32,000 nt of DNA, taken from positions 150,001-182,000 of the forward strand of contig JBGQBI010000002.1 of the NCBI GenBank assembly GCA_041494705.1, in the 5' to 3' direction. Numbering within the stretch: position 1 is the stretch's first letter; each line of letters begins with the position of its first letter. This DNA comes from Candidatus Methanoperedens sp. Lineage in GTDB: Archaea; Halobacteriota; Methanosarcinia; Methanosarcinales; Methanoperedenaceae. Made by a program: the position numbers and the translations under genes. Below are positions 15,194-23,409 of the stretch, piece after piece. A model generated the notes under the pieces. That model had not been told where the DNA came from. It saw nothing but the letters and a program-made list of their open reading frames with translations, and searched no databases.

Positions 15194-15432
15194 TCCATCT
15201 CCCAATATCAACGGTCAATTATCGTATATGAGCCAAGACTGGAGCGCCCCCACTTACAGGCGCGCCGCCAGAGGTGCGGGACAAGCCCGCATCACATCCA
15301 GCAAAGACACGCTCCGCAAGGGCAACGTATCGCCGTTGCATCACTCACAAATCACGATGATTGCGCGCCTGCCCCAAAAGGAGCACATAAATCGCATAAG
15401 TATATCACACCAAACAAATATTAAGCCAACCA

Positions 15433-16092
15433 ATGTCCCTCTTTAATTCCAGGTTCTATGATTTCAATGTCCATCAGGACTCCAACCCAATCACAGAGCT
15501 GGCATTTGAAGCAAAAAAATACGGCTATTGCGGAATCGCAGTCGTCAATTCTTCAGTGGCAAAAGAAGACAAATTGCCAGTAGATTTTTCGATTTATAGA
15601 AGCATTGAGATTTCAGGAAAAACTTCAAGGCTCAGGGAAGAAATAAAAAAACATAAAGGGACAGAAGCCATCCTGACCGTCCCGGGCGGGGATGAGGAAC
15701 TCAATCGCGCTGCGGTAGAGACAGAAGGTCTTGATATCCTTTTGCAGCCAGCCCAGTTCAATAACGTGCTTGCAAAAGCTGCAAGTGACAACTCTGTCGC
15801 TATCGGCTTTAACCTTGGCTCGCTCATCCGGCTTCGCGGGGAAGCGCGCGTGAGGGAATTGATGAACATGAGGGAAAATCTGAAGCACGCCAGGAAGTAT
15901 GACCTCCTGATGATACTGACAGGCACTGCCCATTCCATCTACGACTTCCGTTCCCCGAGAGAAATGGCTGCGATTGCCGGGCTTTTCGGCATGTCAAAAG
16001 AAGAAGCAGTGGATGCAATGAGCGAAGCGCCGCTTGAGATTTTGCGAAGGAAAAACCCGGATTACATACAGGAGGGTATTGAAATATTATGA
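15433..16092 (+). CDS. rnp3: ribonuclease P protein component 3 (Rpp30)
   Basis: 219 aa. The N-terminus FYDFNVHQ...YGYCGIAVV and overall pattern match the archaeal Rpp30 TIM-barrel family. Its position immediately before Pop5 fits the conserved superoperon. Confidence 0.85.
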   Translation: MSLFNSRFYDFNVHQDSNPITELAFEAKKYGYCGIAVVNSSVAKEDKLPVDFSIYRSIEISGKTSRLREEIKKHKGTEAILTVPGGDEELNRAAVETEGLDILLQPAQFNNVLAKAASDNSVAIGFNLGSLIRLRGEARVRELMNMRENLKHARKYDLLMILTGTAHSIYDFRSPREMAAIAGLFGMSKEEAVDAMSEAPLEILRRKNPDYIQEGIEIL

Positions 16093-16122
16093 AAAACTTT
16101 AAGAAAGTTTTATCAAACCAAA

Positions 16123-16199
16123 GGGGTATGCTTCGCATACCCCAACACGCCCTCCCGAGGCGTGACTCGGGACGTCATAAAGGGGCGTAACCCTTTATG
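16123..16199 (+). promoter_or_regulatory. three tandem stem-loops in the rnp3-rnp2 spacer, the last covering the rnp2 start codon
   Basis: GGGGTATGC-TTC-GCATACCCC (16123-16143), TCCCGAG-GCGTGA-CTCGGGA (16153-16172) and ATAAAGGG-GCGTAA-CCCTTTAT (16177-16198). The third includes the A and T of the ATG at 16197. The function is not established. Confidence 0.3.
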
Positions 16200-16568
16200 A
16201 AAATCAAAACCCTTCCGACATTGCGGGACAAGAAACGGTATCTTGCCTTCGAAGTTACATCGGAGCAGACGATAAACCGCCAGCAGTTCTTTAACGAAAT
16301 TTTAGACTCGGCCGCCTCATTGTTCGGTGATAAAGGAATCAGTGAAATAAATCCAAAACTTATGTCCTACGATGGAAGATTCGGGATTCTTCGCTGCGCC
16401 CGGGAAAAAACACAGGAGACAAGGGCTGCGCTTGCCTGTATTAACAACATCCGCAGGATTCGCATATCTATCCTTGTCCTCGGGATATCGGGAACTATTA
16501 AAGGGGCAACGGAAAAGTTTATACAACAAACACTCATTAAAGAGTTAGAACCGGAGAAGAAAGAATAA
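16197..16568 (+). CDS. rnp2: ribonuclease P protein component 2 (Pop5)
   Basis: 123 aa. LPTLRDKKRYLAFEV at the N-terminus is the typical Pop5 signature. Confidence 0.87.
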   Translation: MKIKTLPTLRDKKRYLAFEVTSEQTINRQQFFNEILDSAASLFGDKGISEINPKLMSYDGRFGILRCAREKTQETRAALACINNIRRIRISILVLGISGTIKGATEKFIQQTLIKELEPEKKE

Positions 16569-16700
16569 ACGACATCTAATTCCAATGGATTGGCGGGTAT
16601 TTCGTATTAAAACGAAATAGATATATTCCAGACAATCCTGATAGTGTAGATTGTTCGAACAAAAATATAAAGTAATTACGGTTTTTCAGGAGATGATACA

Positions 16701-17468
16701 ATGCAAATGGCACCACAAATGGGATACGACAGGGCTATAACGGTATTCAGCCCTGACGGAAGGTTGTTCCAGGTAGAATACGCGCGGGAAGCGGTAAAGC
16801 GGGGAACAACTGCAGTCGGAGTAAAAGCAGTGGACGGAGTGGCTTTACTGGTTGACAAAAGGGTTACGAGTAAACTTCTGGAAGCGGCATCCATAGAAAA
16901 AATTTTCCAGATAGACGATCACATCGGGGCAGCCACCTCAGGGCTTGTGGCGGATGCAAGGGTGCTCATAGACCGCGCCCGAGTGGAAGCCCAGATTAAC
17001 AAAGTTTCGTATGATGAACCGATAGGCGTTGAGGTCCTGGCCAAAAAAATCTGCGACTTCAAGCAATCATACACGCAATATGGCGGAGTAAGACCTTTCG
17101 GAACGGCGCTTCTCATTGCAGGCGTTGATGACAGCAATGCGCGTCTTTTCGAAACCGACCCCAGCGGCGCATTGCTTGAATACAAAGCCACAGGCATCGG
17201 CTCTGGAAGGACTGAGGCCATGGAGGTCTTCGAAAAAAAATATACGGACGATATTAAACTGGAAGATGCCATCATCCTCGGTCTTGACGCCCTCCACAGC
17301 ACTACTGAAGGGATTTTCAATGCCTTGACCATTGAAATTGGGGTAATTGAGCTTTCAACAAGGAAATTCAGGAAACTCCTGCCTTCCGAAGTTGAGACAT
17401 ACGTGGAGCAGGTCATTAAAATGCATGCCTCAGAGGGCAAAGGAAAGAAAAAGAAATCAGAAGAGTGA
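16701..17468 (+). CDS. psmA: proteasome subunit alpha
   Basis: 255 aa with [24 protein letters not shown], the hallmark alpha-subunit N-terminus. Confidence 0.95.
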   Translation: MQMAPQMGYDRAITVFSPDGRLFQVEYAREAVKRGTTAVGVKAVDGVALLVDKRVTSKLLEAASIEKIFQIDDHIGAATSGLVADARVLIDRARVEAQINKVSYDEPIGVEVLAKKICDFKQSYTQYGGVRPFGTALLIAGVDDSNARLFETDPSGALLEYKATGIGSGRTEAMEVFEKKYTDDIKLEDAIILGLDALHSTTEGIFNALTIEIGVIELSTRKFRKLLPSEVETYVEQVIKMHASEGKGKKKKSEE

Positions 17469-17474
17469 GTCAAA

Positions 17475-18170
17475 ATGGTCGCTCTTGATGAGTCTATAAT
17501 CGCACGACTCAAGACCCATGGTAAGACTTTTGAGGTTTTCGTTGACCCCGATGGAGCGCTTGCTTTTAAAAGGGGCGAGGCTGCAAAGATTGAAAATATC
17601 CTGGCTGTCGAAGATGTGTTTCTGGATGCAAAAAATGGAGACAGGCCTGCGGAACAGGATATTATAAATGCGTTCGGAACTACGGATGCAGCCAAGATTG
17701 CAGAAAAAATAATTCTTGAGGGAGAGCTTCATCTTACCACCGAGCAGAAAAAAAGGATGCAGGATGAAAAAAAGAGGCAGGTCATCAATATTATTGCACA
17801 GAACGCCATAAATCCCCAGACAAAAGCGCCGCATCCGCCTGCCAGGATAGAATCAGCAATGGACGAGGCGGGTGTGCATATTGACCCTATGAAAAATCTC
17901 GATGAAATGGTCAATATCACTATGAAAGCGATAAGACCACTCATACCGATACGTTTTGAAGAGGTAAGGATTGCAATAAAGCTCCCGGCAGAATACGCCG
18001 CAAAATCATACGGCAGTGTGGCATCCTTCGGCAGCCTGACAAAACAGGAATGGCAGAATGACGGTTCATGGATAGGCGTAATTACCATACCAGCCGGCAG
18101 GCAGGATGAGTTATACAGCCTTTTGAACAGGCTTACAAAAGGCAGTGCAGAGACTAAATTTTTAAAGTGA
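17475..18170 (+). CDS. SBDS-family ribosome maturation protein (Sdo1)
   Basis: 231 aa. ARLKTHGKTFEVFVDPDGALAFKRG matches the SBDS N-terminal (FYSH) domain. It occupies the conserved position between psmA and rrp4. Confidence 0.88.
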   Translation: MVALDESIIARLKTHGKTFEVFVDPDGALAFKRGEAAKIENILAVEDVFLDAKNGDRPAEQDIINAFGTTDAAKIAEKIILEGELHLTTEQKKRMQDEKKRQVINIIAQNAINPQTKAPHPPARIESAMDEAGVHIDPMKNLDEMVNITMKAIRPLIPIRFEEVRIAIKLPAEYAAKSYGSVASFGSLTKQEWQNDGSWIGVITIPAGRQDELYSLLNRLTKGSAETKFLK

Positions 18171-18175
18171 TTTAA

Positions 18176-18991
18176 ATGGATAAAAAATTAGTAATACCAG
18201 GCGAATTCCTTTCAGATGATGTAAATCTGGCTGATGAGGGCACATATGTGGAAGAAGGCAAGGTCTTCTCATCGGTTTTCGGTATCGCATCGTTGAAAAA
18301 CCATGTCAGGGTCGTCCCGCTTTCAGGGAAATATATACCAAGATCTGGCGACATGATTATAGGCATAATAACCGAAGTCTCGTTTTCGAACTGGATTGTG
18401 GATATTCGCTCGCCCTATGAGGGTTTACTGCACATATCCGAATTCCCGAGAAGAATAGAGAACACGGATATGTCAAAATATCTCAAGGTAGGGGATGCAA
18501 TAATTACCCTGGTTACGGATGTCGATCCAACCATGAAAGTGGAATTAACCCTTAACGACCAGAGACTGAGGCAGATTAAAGAAGGACGCATAATCGATGT
18601 AACCCCTTCCAAGGTCCCGAGGCTAATCGGCAGAAGCGGCTCCATGATTGCAATGCTGAAAAATGAGACGAATTGCAATATCTTTATCGGCCAGAATGGA
18701 AGGGTATGGATTACAGGGAAGGATAAGGATCTTGAACTTGCGGTGAAAGCAGTCCTCAAGATTGAAAAAGAATCCCATGTTTCTGGCCTGACTGACAGGC
18801 TCACCAGGTTTTTAAAAGAAGAAAAAGGCAAAAAGGAGAAAGAACCTGGAAAAGAACATGAGGATAAGGAAGAAACCAGGACAGAAGAAAATGTTGAACC
18901 CGTAGAGGAAGAAAAACAACCGCAAGTGCATAAAAAAGCAGAAGAAAAGTCGGGAGGAATTCTTGACGAACTGCTTGGCGATGAAAAATAA
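18176..18991 (+). CDS. rrp4: exosome complex RNA-binding protein Rrp4
   Basis: 271 aa with an N-terminal domain plus S1 (GDMIIGIITEV..WIVDI) plus KH (VPRLIGRSGSMIAML), followed by a ~58-aa K/E-rich tail. Confidence 0.92.
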   Translation: MDKKLVIPGEFLSDDVNLADEGTYVEEGKVFSSVFGIASLKNHVRVVPLSGKYIPRSGDMIIGIITEVSFSNWIVDIRSPYEGLLHISEFPRRIENTDMSKYLKVGDAIITLVTDVDPTMKVELTLNDQRLRQIKEGRIIDVTPSKVPRLIGRSGSMIAMLKNETNCNIFIGQNGRVWITGKDKDLELAVKAVLKIEKESHVSGLTDRLTRFLKEEKGKKEKEPGKEHEDKEETRTEENVEPVEEEKQPQVHKKAEEKSGGILDELLGDEK

Positions 18992-19039
18992 TTGTATTTA
19001 ATTAAATAATGGAAGAGGAAGAAAGAGAAGAGGAATTTT

Positions 19040-19771
19040 ATGAGCAAACCAGAAAAGTTAATTGAAAACGGTATTCGCCTTGACGGCAGAAAACCAGATG
19101 AAATAAGACCTATCAAAATCAAAGTGGGCGTTTTGAATAGAGCGGACGGCTCGTGTTATTTTGAATTCGGCGGAAATAAGGTAATTGCAGCTGTTTACGG
19201 ACCAAGAGAGGTTCACCCTCGGCACCAGCAAAAATCAACAAGCGCAGTTGTTCGGTACAGGTATAATATGGCATCGTTCTCGGTTGAGGAACGAAAGCGC
19301 CCTGGACCCGACAGGAGAAGTATTGAAGTATCAAAGGTCAGCAGGGAAGCGCTAGAACCCGTGATATTCCAGGAATATTTCCCGCGCTCTGCAATCGACA
19401 TTTATGTGGAAGTGCTTCAGGCAGATGCAGGAACACGGACGGCAGGGATTAACGCCGCTTCCATAGCACTTGCAGATGCAGGAATACCCATGAGAAGCCT
19501 GGTCTCTGCCTGCGCAGTGGGGAAGGTCGATGATACACTTGTACTTGACCTGAATAAAGATGAGGATAATTATGGACAGGCCGACATGCCCGTAGCGATG
19601 ACCCCGGATGGCAAGATCACTCTCCTGCAGATGGATGGACATCTTACCAGGGATGAATTCAAAGAAGGACTTGAGATGGCAAAATCGGGCTGTCTGGCAA
19701 TTTCCGAGATGCAGAAAGCTGCCCTTCTTGAGAAATATTCAGGGCAAATCGGGGGTGATGCCGTTGAGTAA
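19040..19771 (+). CDS. rrp41: exosome complex exonuclease Rrp41 (RNase PH fold)
   Basis: 243 aa with [12 protein letters not shown]...[14 protein letters not shown]...DAGTRTA, typical of the catalytic RNase PH subunit. Confidence 0.93.
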   Translation: MSKPEKLIENGIRLDGRKPDEIRPIKIKVGVLNRADGSCYFEFGGNKVIAAVYGPREVHPRHQQKSTSAVVRYRYNMASFSVEERKRPGPDRRSIEVSKVSREALEPVIFQEYFPRSAIDIYVEVLQADAGTRTAGINAASIALADAGIPMRSLVSACAVGKVDDTLVLDLNKDEDNYGQADMPVAMTPDGKITLLQMDGHLTRDEFKEGLEMAKSGCLAISEMQKAALLEKYSGQIGGDAVE

Positions 19772-20543
19772 TGAGGTAATGGCTGAACTTCGTAAAGATT
19801 ATATCTACAATCTTATGATTAAAGGCGAGCGGGAAGACGGCAGGACATTTGACCAGTACAGGGATATCACGATAGATACGAATGTAATAGAAAAAGCGGA
19901 AGGCTCAGCCCGCGTGAAACTCGGTGACACCCATCTGGTAGTCGGCGTGAAAATCCAGCCCGGTACTCCATTCCCTGACACACCAGACCAGGGAGTAATC
20001 ATTACCAATCTTGAACTTATCCCGCTGGCTTCACCGGTATTCGAATCCGGACCACCAAGGGAGGATGCCATAGAACTTGCAAGAGTGGTGGACAGGGGCA
20101 TTCGCGAGTCGGGTGCTATTGACCTCTCCAAATTGTGCATATCCCCGGGAGAGAAGGTATGGATGGTTTTCATTGATGTCCATGTGCTGGACGACGGCGG
20201 GAACATAATGGATGCTGCCTCCCTCGGTGCGATTGCAGCCCTCATGACCGCGAAACTGCCAGCAAAACGTTTCGACCTCGGTGAGGATACGCCGTTGCCA
20301 ATCAGGGATGTCCCGGTTGCGGTCACGGCTGTCGAGGTAGGCGGTTCAATAATGTTTGACCCGTCGCTGAACGAACAAAGCATAGCTGGAACGAAGCTGA
20401 CTGTCATATCCAACCAGGACGGATGCTTATCAGGTATGCAGAAAAGCGGTGTTCACCCGCTTACTACCGAACAGATAAATTATATAGTGGATAATGCAAT
20501 TGAGAAGGCAAAAGAGCTAAGACAAAAATTCCTGGAGATATAA
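19758..20543 (+). CDS. rrp42: exosome complex component Rrp42
   Basis: The track ORF starts at 19608, but that would overlap rrp41 by 164 nt. The in-frame ATG at 19758 (within GGGGGTGATG, SD-like) gives [29 protein letters not shown]..., the usual Rrp42 N-terminus. Confidence 0.9.
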   Translation: MPLSNEVMAELRKDYIYNLMIKGEREDGRTFDQYRDITIDTNVIEKAEGSARVKLGDTHLVVGVKIQPGTPFPDTPDQGVIITNLELIPLASPVFESGPPREDAIELARVVDRGIRESGAIDLSKLCISPGEKVWMVFIDVHVLDDGGNIMDAASLGAIAALMTAKLPAKRFDLGEDTPLPIRDVPVAVTAVEVGGSIMFDPSLNEQSIAGTKLTVISNQDGCLSGMQKSGVHPLTTEQINYIVDNAIEKAKELRQKFLEI

Positions 20544-20545
20544 TC

Positions 20546-20851
20546 ATGGTTGAAACCACAGCAAAAGGAAAAAAATCAAGGTCAGCCGGTAGATTTGGCG
20601 TCAGGTACGGCACCAAAAACAGAAAACTTATCGCTGATATAGAAGAAAAAATGCATGCCGAATACACATGTTCAAAATGCGGCGCAAAAAAAATCAAACG
20701 AACCGGAACAGGAATATGGCAGTGCACGAAATGCTTGCACACATTTGCAGGCGGCGCATATGTTCCGCAAACTGCAGCGCATACCACAGTCTTAAGAGCG
20801 GTCCAGGGCGAGAAAATCCTGATCAGTCAAGCCCAGGCTGCCGGAAAATAA
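20546..20851 (+). CDS. rpl37ae: 50S ribosomal protein L37Ae (eL43)
   Basis: 101 aa with RFGVRYG and the zinc ribbon CSKCG...WQCTKC. Confidence 0.93.
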   Translation: MVETTAKGKKSRSAGRFGVRYGTKNRKLIADIEEKMHAEYTCSKCGAKKIKRTGTGIWQCTKCLHTFAGGAYVPQTAAHTTVLRAVQGEKILISQAQAAGK

Positions 20852-20859
20852 GGTAGTAT

Positions 20860-20997
20860 ATGGTCTATAAATGCACACGGTGTAAAAGAGCGGTTGAGAT
20901 TGATTACGAGTACAGCGGCGTCCGCTGCCCGTACTGTGGTCATCGAATCCTCATCAAGGAAAGACCGGTAATTGTCAAGCTGATAAAATCCGAATGA
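20860..20997 (+). CDS. rpoP: DNA-directed RNA polymerase subunit P (Rpo12)
   Basis: Not in the ORF track (45 aa). Sequence: [45 protein letters not shown], with a CxxC...CxxC zinc ribbon. The stop overlaps the next start (ATGA). It sits at the conserved position after L37Ae. Confidence 0.85.
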   Translation: MVYKCTRCKRAVEIDYEYSGVRCPYCGHRILIKERPVIVKLIKSE

Positions 20998-21422
20998 TAA
21001 TTACCACAGCGCGTAAACCAACTTCTAAAACACGAATATTCTGCAAGCATCTGAGTAAGTTTACAGGGAAAGAGTATCTGACCCGCGGGAAAACCAGCCT
21101 GTCAATGCTTGCCGACGCCTCTTTTTTGGTGGTGGGCGAATCCAATGGTAACCCTGCCAGCTTTAATTTTTTTTTGAATAATGAATGTATTCTTTCTATC
21201 CGTGCAAATGTTTCACTTGATAAGGAGATTGGTTTGTCCCGGGAGCCTGTTATTGAAGGGGATACGCCGCTGGCTTTTGCTTTGAGTAAAGCGACGGGTT
21301 TCAGGATGGGAGAAAGGGGAGACAGGGTTATCCGCGTTAATGATAGGATTGAATTTATCGATAAGGGAAAACCTTATATCATATTAAAAGTGCTGGAAGC
21401 AAGAGGCGAGGGAATTGTTTGA
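20994..21422 (+). CDS. Brix-domain ribosome biogenesis protein (Imp4-like)
   Basis: 142 aa. [22 protein letters not shown]...TRGKTSL matches the archaeal Brix N-terminus. Confidence 0.85.
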   Translation: MIITTARKPTSKTRIFCKHLSKFTGKEYLTRGKTSLSMLADASFLVVGESNGNPASFNFFLNNECILSIRANVSLDKEIGLSREPVIEGDTPLAFALSKATGFRMGERGDRVIRVNDRIEFIDKGKPYIILKVLEARGEGIV

Positions 21423-22356
21423 TTTATTTAAGAAAGAGGAAATAAATTCCCTGAAATCGAGGATTGCCGAACTTGAGGAAGAAAACATGAAACTTGCCGT
21501 CCGGCTTGGGAAAAAGGATGAAAAAACAAAGAAGTCAGTAGCGACAAAACAGGAAGTTGACCGGGAACTAAATGAGGCAAGACAGAAGATTTCTTCGCTT
21601 GAAAAAGATATTCAAAAACTTAAAGAAGAAACTTCCACTGGATTGAAATTCCGGTTCTCTGAAAGCTTAACAAGGCATAAACTTGATGAGATTCTTTTCA
21701 TGCTTGGCTCATTACAATCGAAAACTTCCACAATGATTACGATTTACCTTGCAAAGGATGAAACTCTTAAGAATATTACGCAAGATATAGATTTACAAAT
21801 CGACAATCAATCAAACGCTCTTATTGAGAAAATCGAATCATCTACAGGCAAGGCTATTTTTTATGATGCGGACGGGCTTGTAAGAGCGGTGATAATCCCG
21901 TTTCTTCCTGTTTCGCATTCAGAATATGCTGCTGGCAGACAATTTAATCTTGAACCCCTGAAAAAGAGTCTTGAATTTGATAAAATTTTGGTGCTTAATG
22001 CACATGCAGGCGAGACATTCGCGGGTATAGTTGAAGCCGATACTATTGTTGAACATGATGTCATAAGAAGCAGCGTTATGGGAAAACACACAAAAGGTGG
22101 ATGGAGCCAGAAACGTTTCCAGAACCTGGTCGAGGAGGATGTCAGGCACCATGCGGATAAGGTGAGGACGGCGCTGTCAGGGATGATTGAAAAGCATAAG
22201 GATATACAATATATTATCGCTGGCGGTGAGGGAAAGTTAATAAAAATGATACTGGAAGGTTATGATTATCCTTTAATCATTAAAAGCATGGATGCTGTCG
22301 GTAATATCGAAAAGGTTCTCCAGGAAGCGACGAAGGCAAGATGGTACGGGATATAA
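21415..22356 (+). CDS. eRF1-fold protein of the Vms1-like release factor (VLRF1) type with an N-terminal coiled coil
   Basis: 313 aa from TTG 21415, overlapping the Brix stop by 8 nt; an alternative ATG is at 21487. The N-terminal ~75 aa are heptad-rich. KGGWSQKRF (22096-22110 encodes GGWSQ) aligns with eRF1 RGGQSALRF, with the Gln shifted as in the Vms1 GxxQ motif. Confidence 0.65.
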   Translation: MFDLFKKEEINSLKSRIAELEEENMKLAVRLGKKDEKTKKSVATKQEVDRELNEARQKISSLEKDIQKLKEETSTGLKFRFSESLTRHKLDEILFMLGSLQSKTSTMITIYLAKDETLKNITQDIDLQIDNQSNALIEKIESSTGKAIFYDADGLVRAVIIPFLPVSHSEYAAGRQFNLEPLKKSLEFDKILVLNAHAGETFAGIVEADTIVEHDVIRSSVMGKHTKGGWSQKRFQNLVEEDVRHHADKVRTALSGMIEKHKDIQYIIAGGEGKLIKMILEGYDYPLIIKSMDAVGNIEKVLQEATKARWYGI

Positions 22357-22380
22357 TAATGCAAAAGCATATAAAGTATC

Positions 22381-22647
22381 ATGCAAAAGATTGCCTGTAT
22401 GGGTCAAAAAACGGGAATCAGGGTAAATGAAGAAATTTTAAAAAACACCACAAAGTGTAGAAAGGATTTTTCCTGTTTATCAGGCAAGAGAACCGATCTT
22501 TGCAAGGTTGAACTTAGTGTTAAAGATAAAATTCATTTTGTAAAATGTTTGAGCAATGAACCATGCGATTATAAAAAATCATTCGGGTATTCTTTTATCT
22601 GTATCTGCCCGGTGAGGAAAGAACTCTATAACAGGTATAATATCTAA
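22381..22647 (+). CDS. small cysteine-rich hypothetical protein
   Basis: 88 aa with 8 Cys, lower GC than its neighbours. A TATA-like GCATATAAAG (22365-22374) would favour a leaderless start at in-frame ATG 22399 (82 aa). Confidence 0.45.
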   Translation: MQKIACMGQKTGIRVNEEILKNTTKCRKDFSCLSGKRTDLCKVELSVKDKIHFVKCLSNEPCDYKKSFGYSFICICPVRKELYNRYNI

Positions 22648-22648
22648 A

Positions 22649-23305
22649 CTATGGTTCTTCACCCATCACCATATCTATCAATTTCTCCGCCCACATGAGC
22701 TTTTTCTTCTTAAGTGGTGTGACATTTACATCTTTAAAATCAAACCCGATTAATGTTATGGATTTCGCTCCCATTTCCTGGGCGAGAAACACACTCCTGT
22801 CCCCGTCTGAAAATCCCCCGAAATTATAGACGTTCTTGAGGGGTTTTGACTGCGTAGTCCCGATGACCCTTTTAAGTCTTGGCACTTCTGCGCTCAATGC
22901 ATCCATGTTATCACCGTGGGCATGCACCACCATTATAGCGCCTTTTTCGTTTGCCAGGGCTTCATCATCCATATTCCCGTCAAGGTCTGTGACAATAATG
23001 CCGGGCGTGATACCCGCATTCAAAAGAATGCTCGTTGCGCCATCTGCTGCTATAACGACGTATTTTTTAAAATCAGTTTTTTTTATATCATCCTTAAGGC
23101 GTGGCGCCTTGCCGCAGACAAGAACATCTTTTCCCAGAATCGCATTCTTGAGGATATCTATTTCCACAACGTCCGGGATTTTTTTTCGGGCTTTCATTTC
23201 AAGCATTTTGGACAGCAGGCGCGCAGAACGCTCATCGTATAACCTGTCAAAATGCATATCCTCAAGAATAAGATTGTAGATAGGCTCCCATTCTTCAAAT
23301 TTCAT
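22649..23305 (-). CDS. mptE: 6-hydroxymethyl-7,8-dihydropterin pyrophosphokinase, archaeal MptE type (DUF115)
   Basis: 218 aa with the motifs VLVCGKAPRL, VIAADGAT, IVTDLDGN and VHAHGDN, as in the MptE family. Confidence 0.78.
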   Translation of the reverse strand: MKFEEWEPIYNLILEDMHFDRLYDERSARLLSKMLEMKARKKIPDVVEIDILKNAILGKDVLVCGKAPRLKDDIKKTDFKKYVVIAADGATSILLNAGITPGIIVTDLDGNMDDEALANEKGAIMVVHAHGDNMDALSAEVPRLKRVIGTTQSKPLKNVYNFGGFSDGDRSVFLAQEMGAKSITLIGFDFKDVNVTPLKKKKLMWAEKLIDMVMGEEP

Positions 23306-23335
23306 ACGGGAAAATCATTCTCTGCGTTCATGCTT

Positions 23336-23372
23336 AAAAAATCAGTCAGAGAGAAGTTTAAGTTCTTCTCTC
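23336..23372 (-). terminator. hairpin plus T6 downstream of tfb
   Basis: On the minus strand, GAGAGAAG-aacttaaa-CTTCTCTC is followed 7 nt later by TTTTTT. It starts about 38 nt after the tfb stop. Confidence 0.45.
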
Positions 23373-23409
23373 AGCCTGTCAATCTGTTTTTAGTTTTAGG
23401 TATTGCCGT

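Noticed and set aside
15241-15386. Idea that the GC-rich segment is RNase P RNA, SRP RNA or a C/D or H/ACA sRNA, prompted by the adjacent RNase P protein genes
   Set aside because: It is too short for RNase P RNA and lacks the GGAAAGUCC-type CR-I element. It has no SRP GGAA/AGCA-type motifs. The minus strand has two GUGAUGC near-C-boxes but no CUGA D boxes. No ACA follows the closing helix.
15177-15446. 89-aa plus-strand ORF spanning the GC-rich intergenic segment
   Set aside because: It is Arg-rich and of low information content, has no SD or TATA geometry, starts inside the AT-rich island and overlaps the rnp3 start. A second frame is also open here simply because the segment is GC-rich. 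I treat it as non-coding; see the structured-RNA finding.
16919-17695. 258-aa minus-strand ORF (similar long antisense ORFs at 18415..19122 and 19805..20413)
   Set aside because: These lie fully antisense to strongly recognisable genes (psmA/SBDS, rrp4, rrp42). Their products are Ser/Pro/Ala-rich low-complexity sequences with no start context. They are typical shadow ORFs.
19008-19064. Mini-[21 protein letters not shown] overlapping the rrp41 start
   Set aside because: It is more simply explained as a purine-rich SD-like leader (GGAAGAGGAAGAAAGAGAAGAGGAA) for rrp41, and nothing points to its translation.
19608-19757. Upstream extension of rrp42 given by the ORF track
   Set aside because: It would overlap rrp41 by 164 nt. 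The internal ATG at 19758 has an SD-like GGGGGTG and gives the normal Rrp42 N-terminus.
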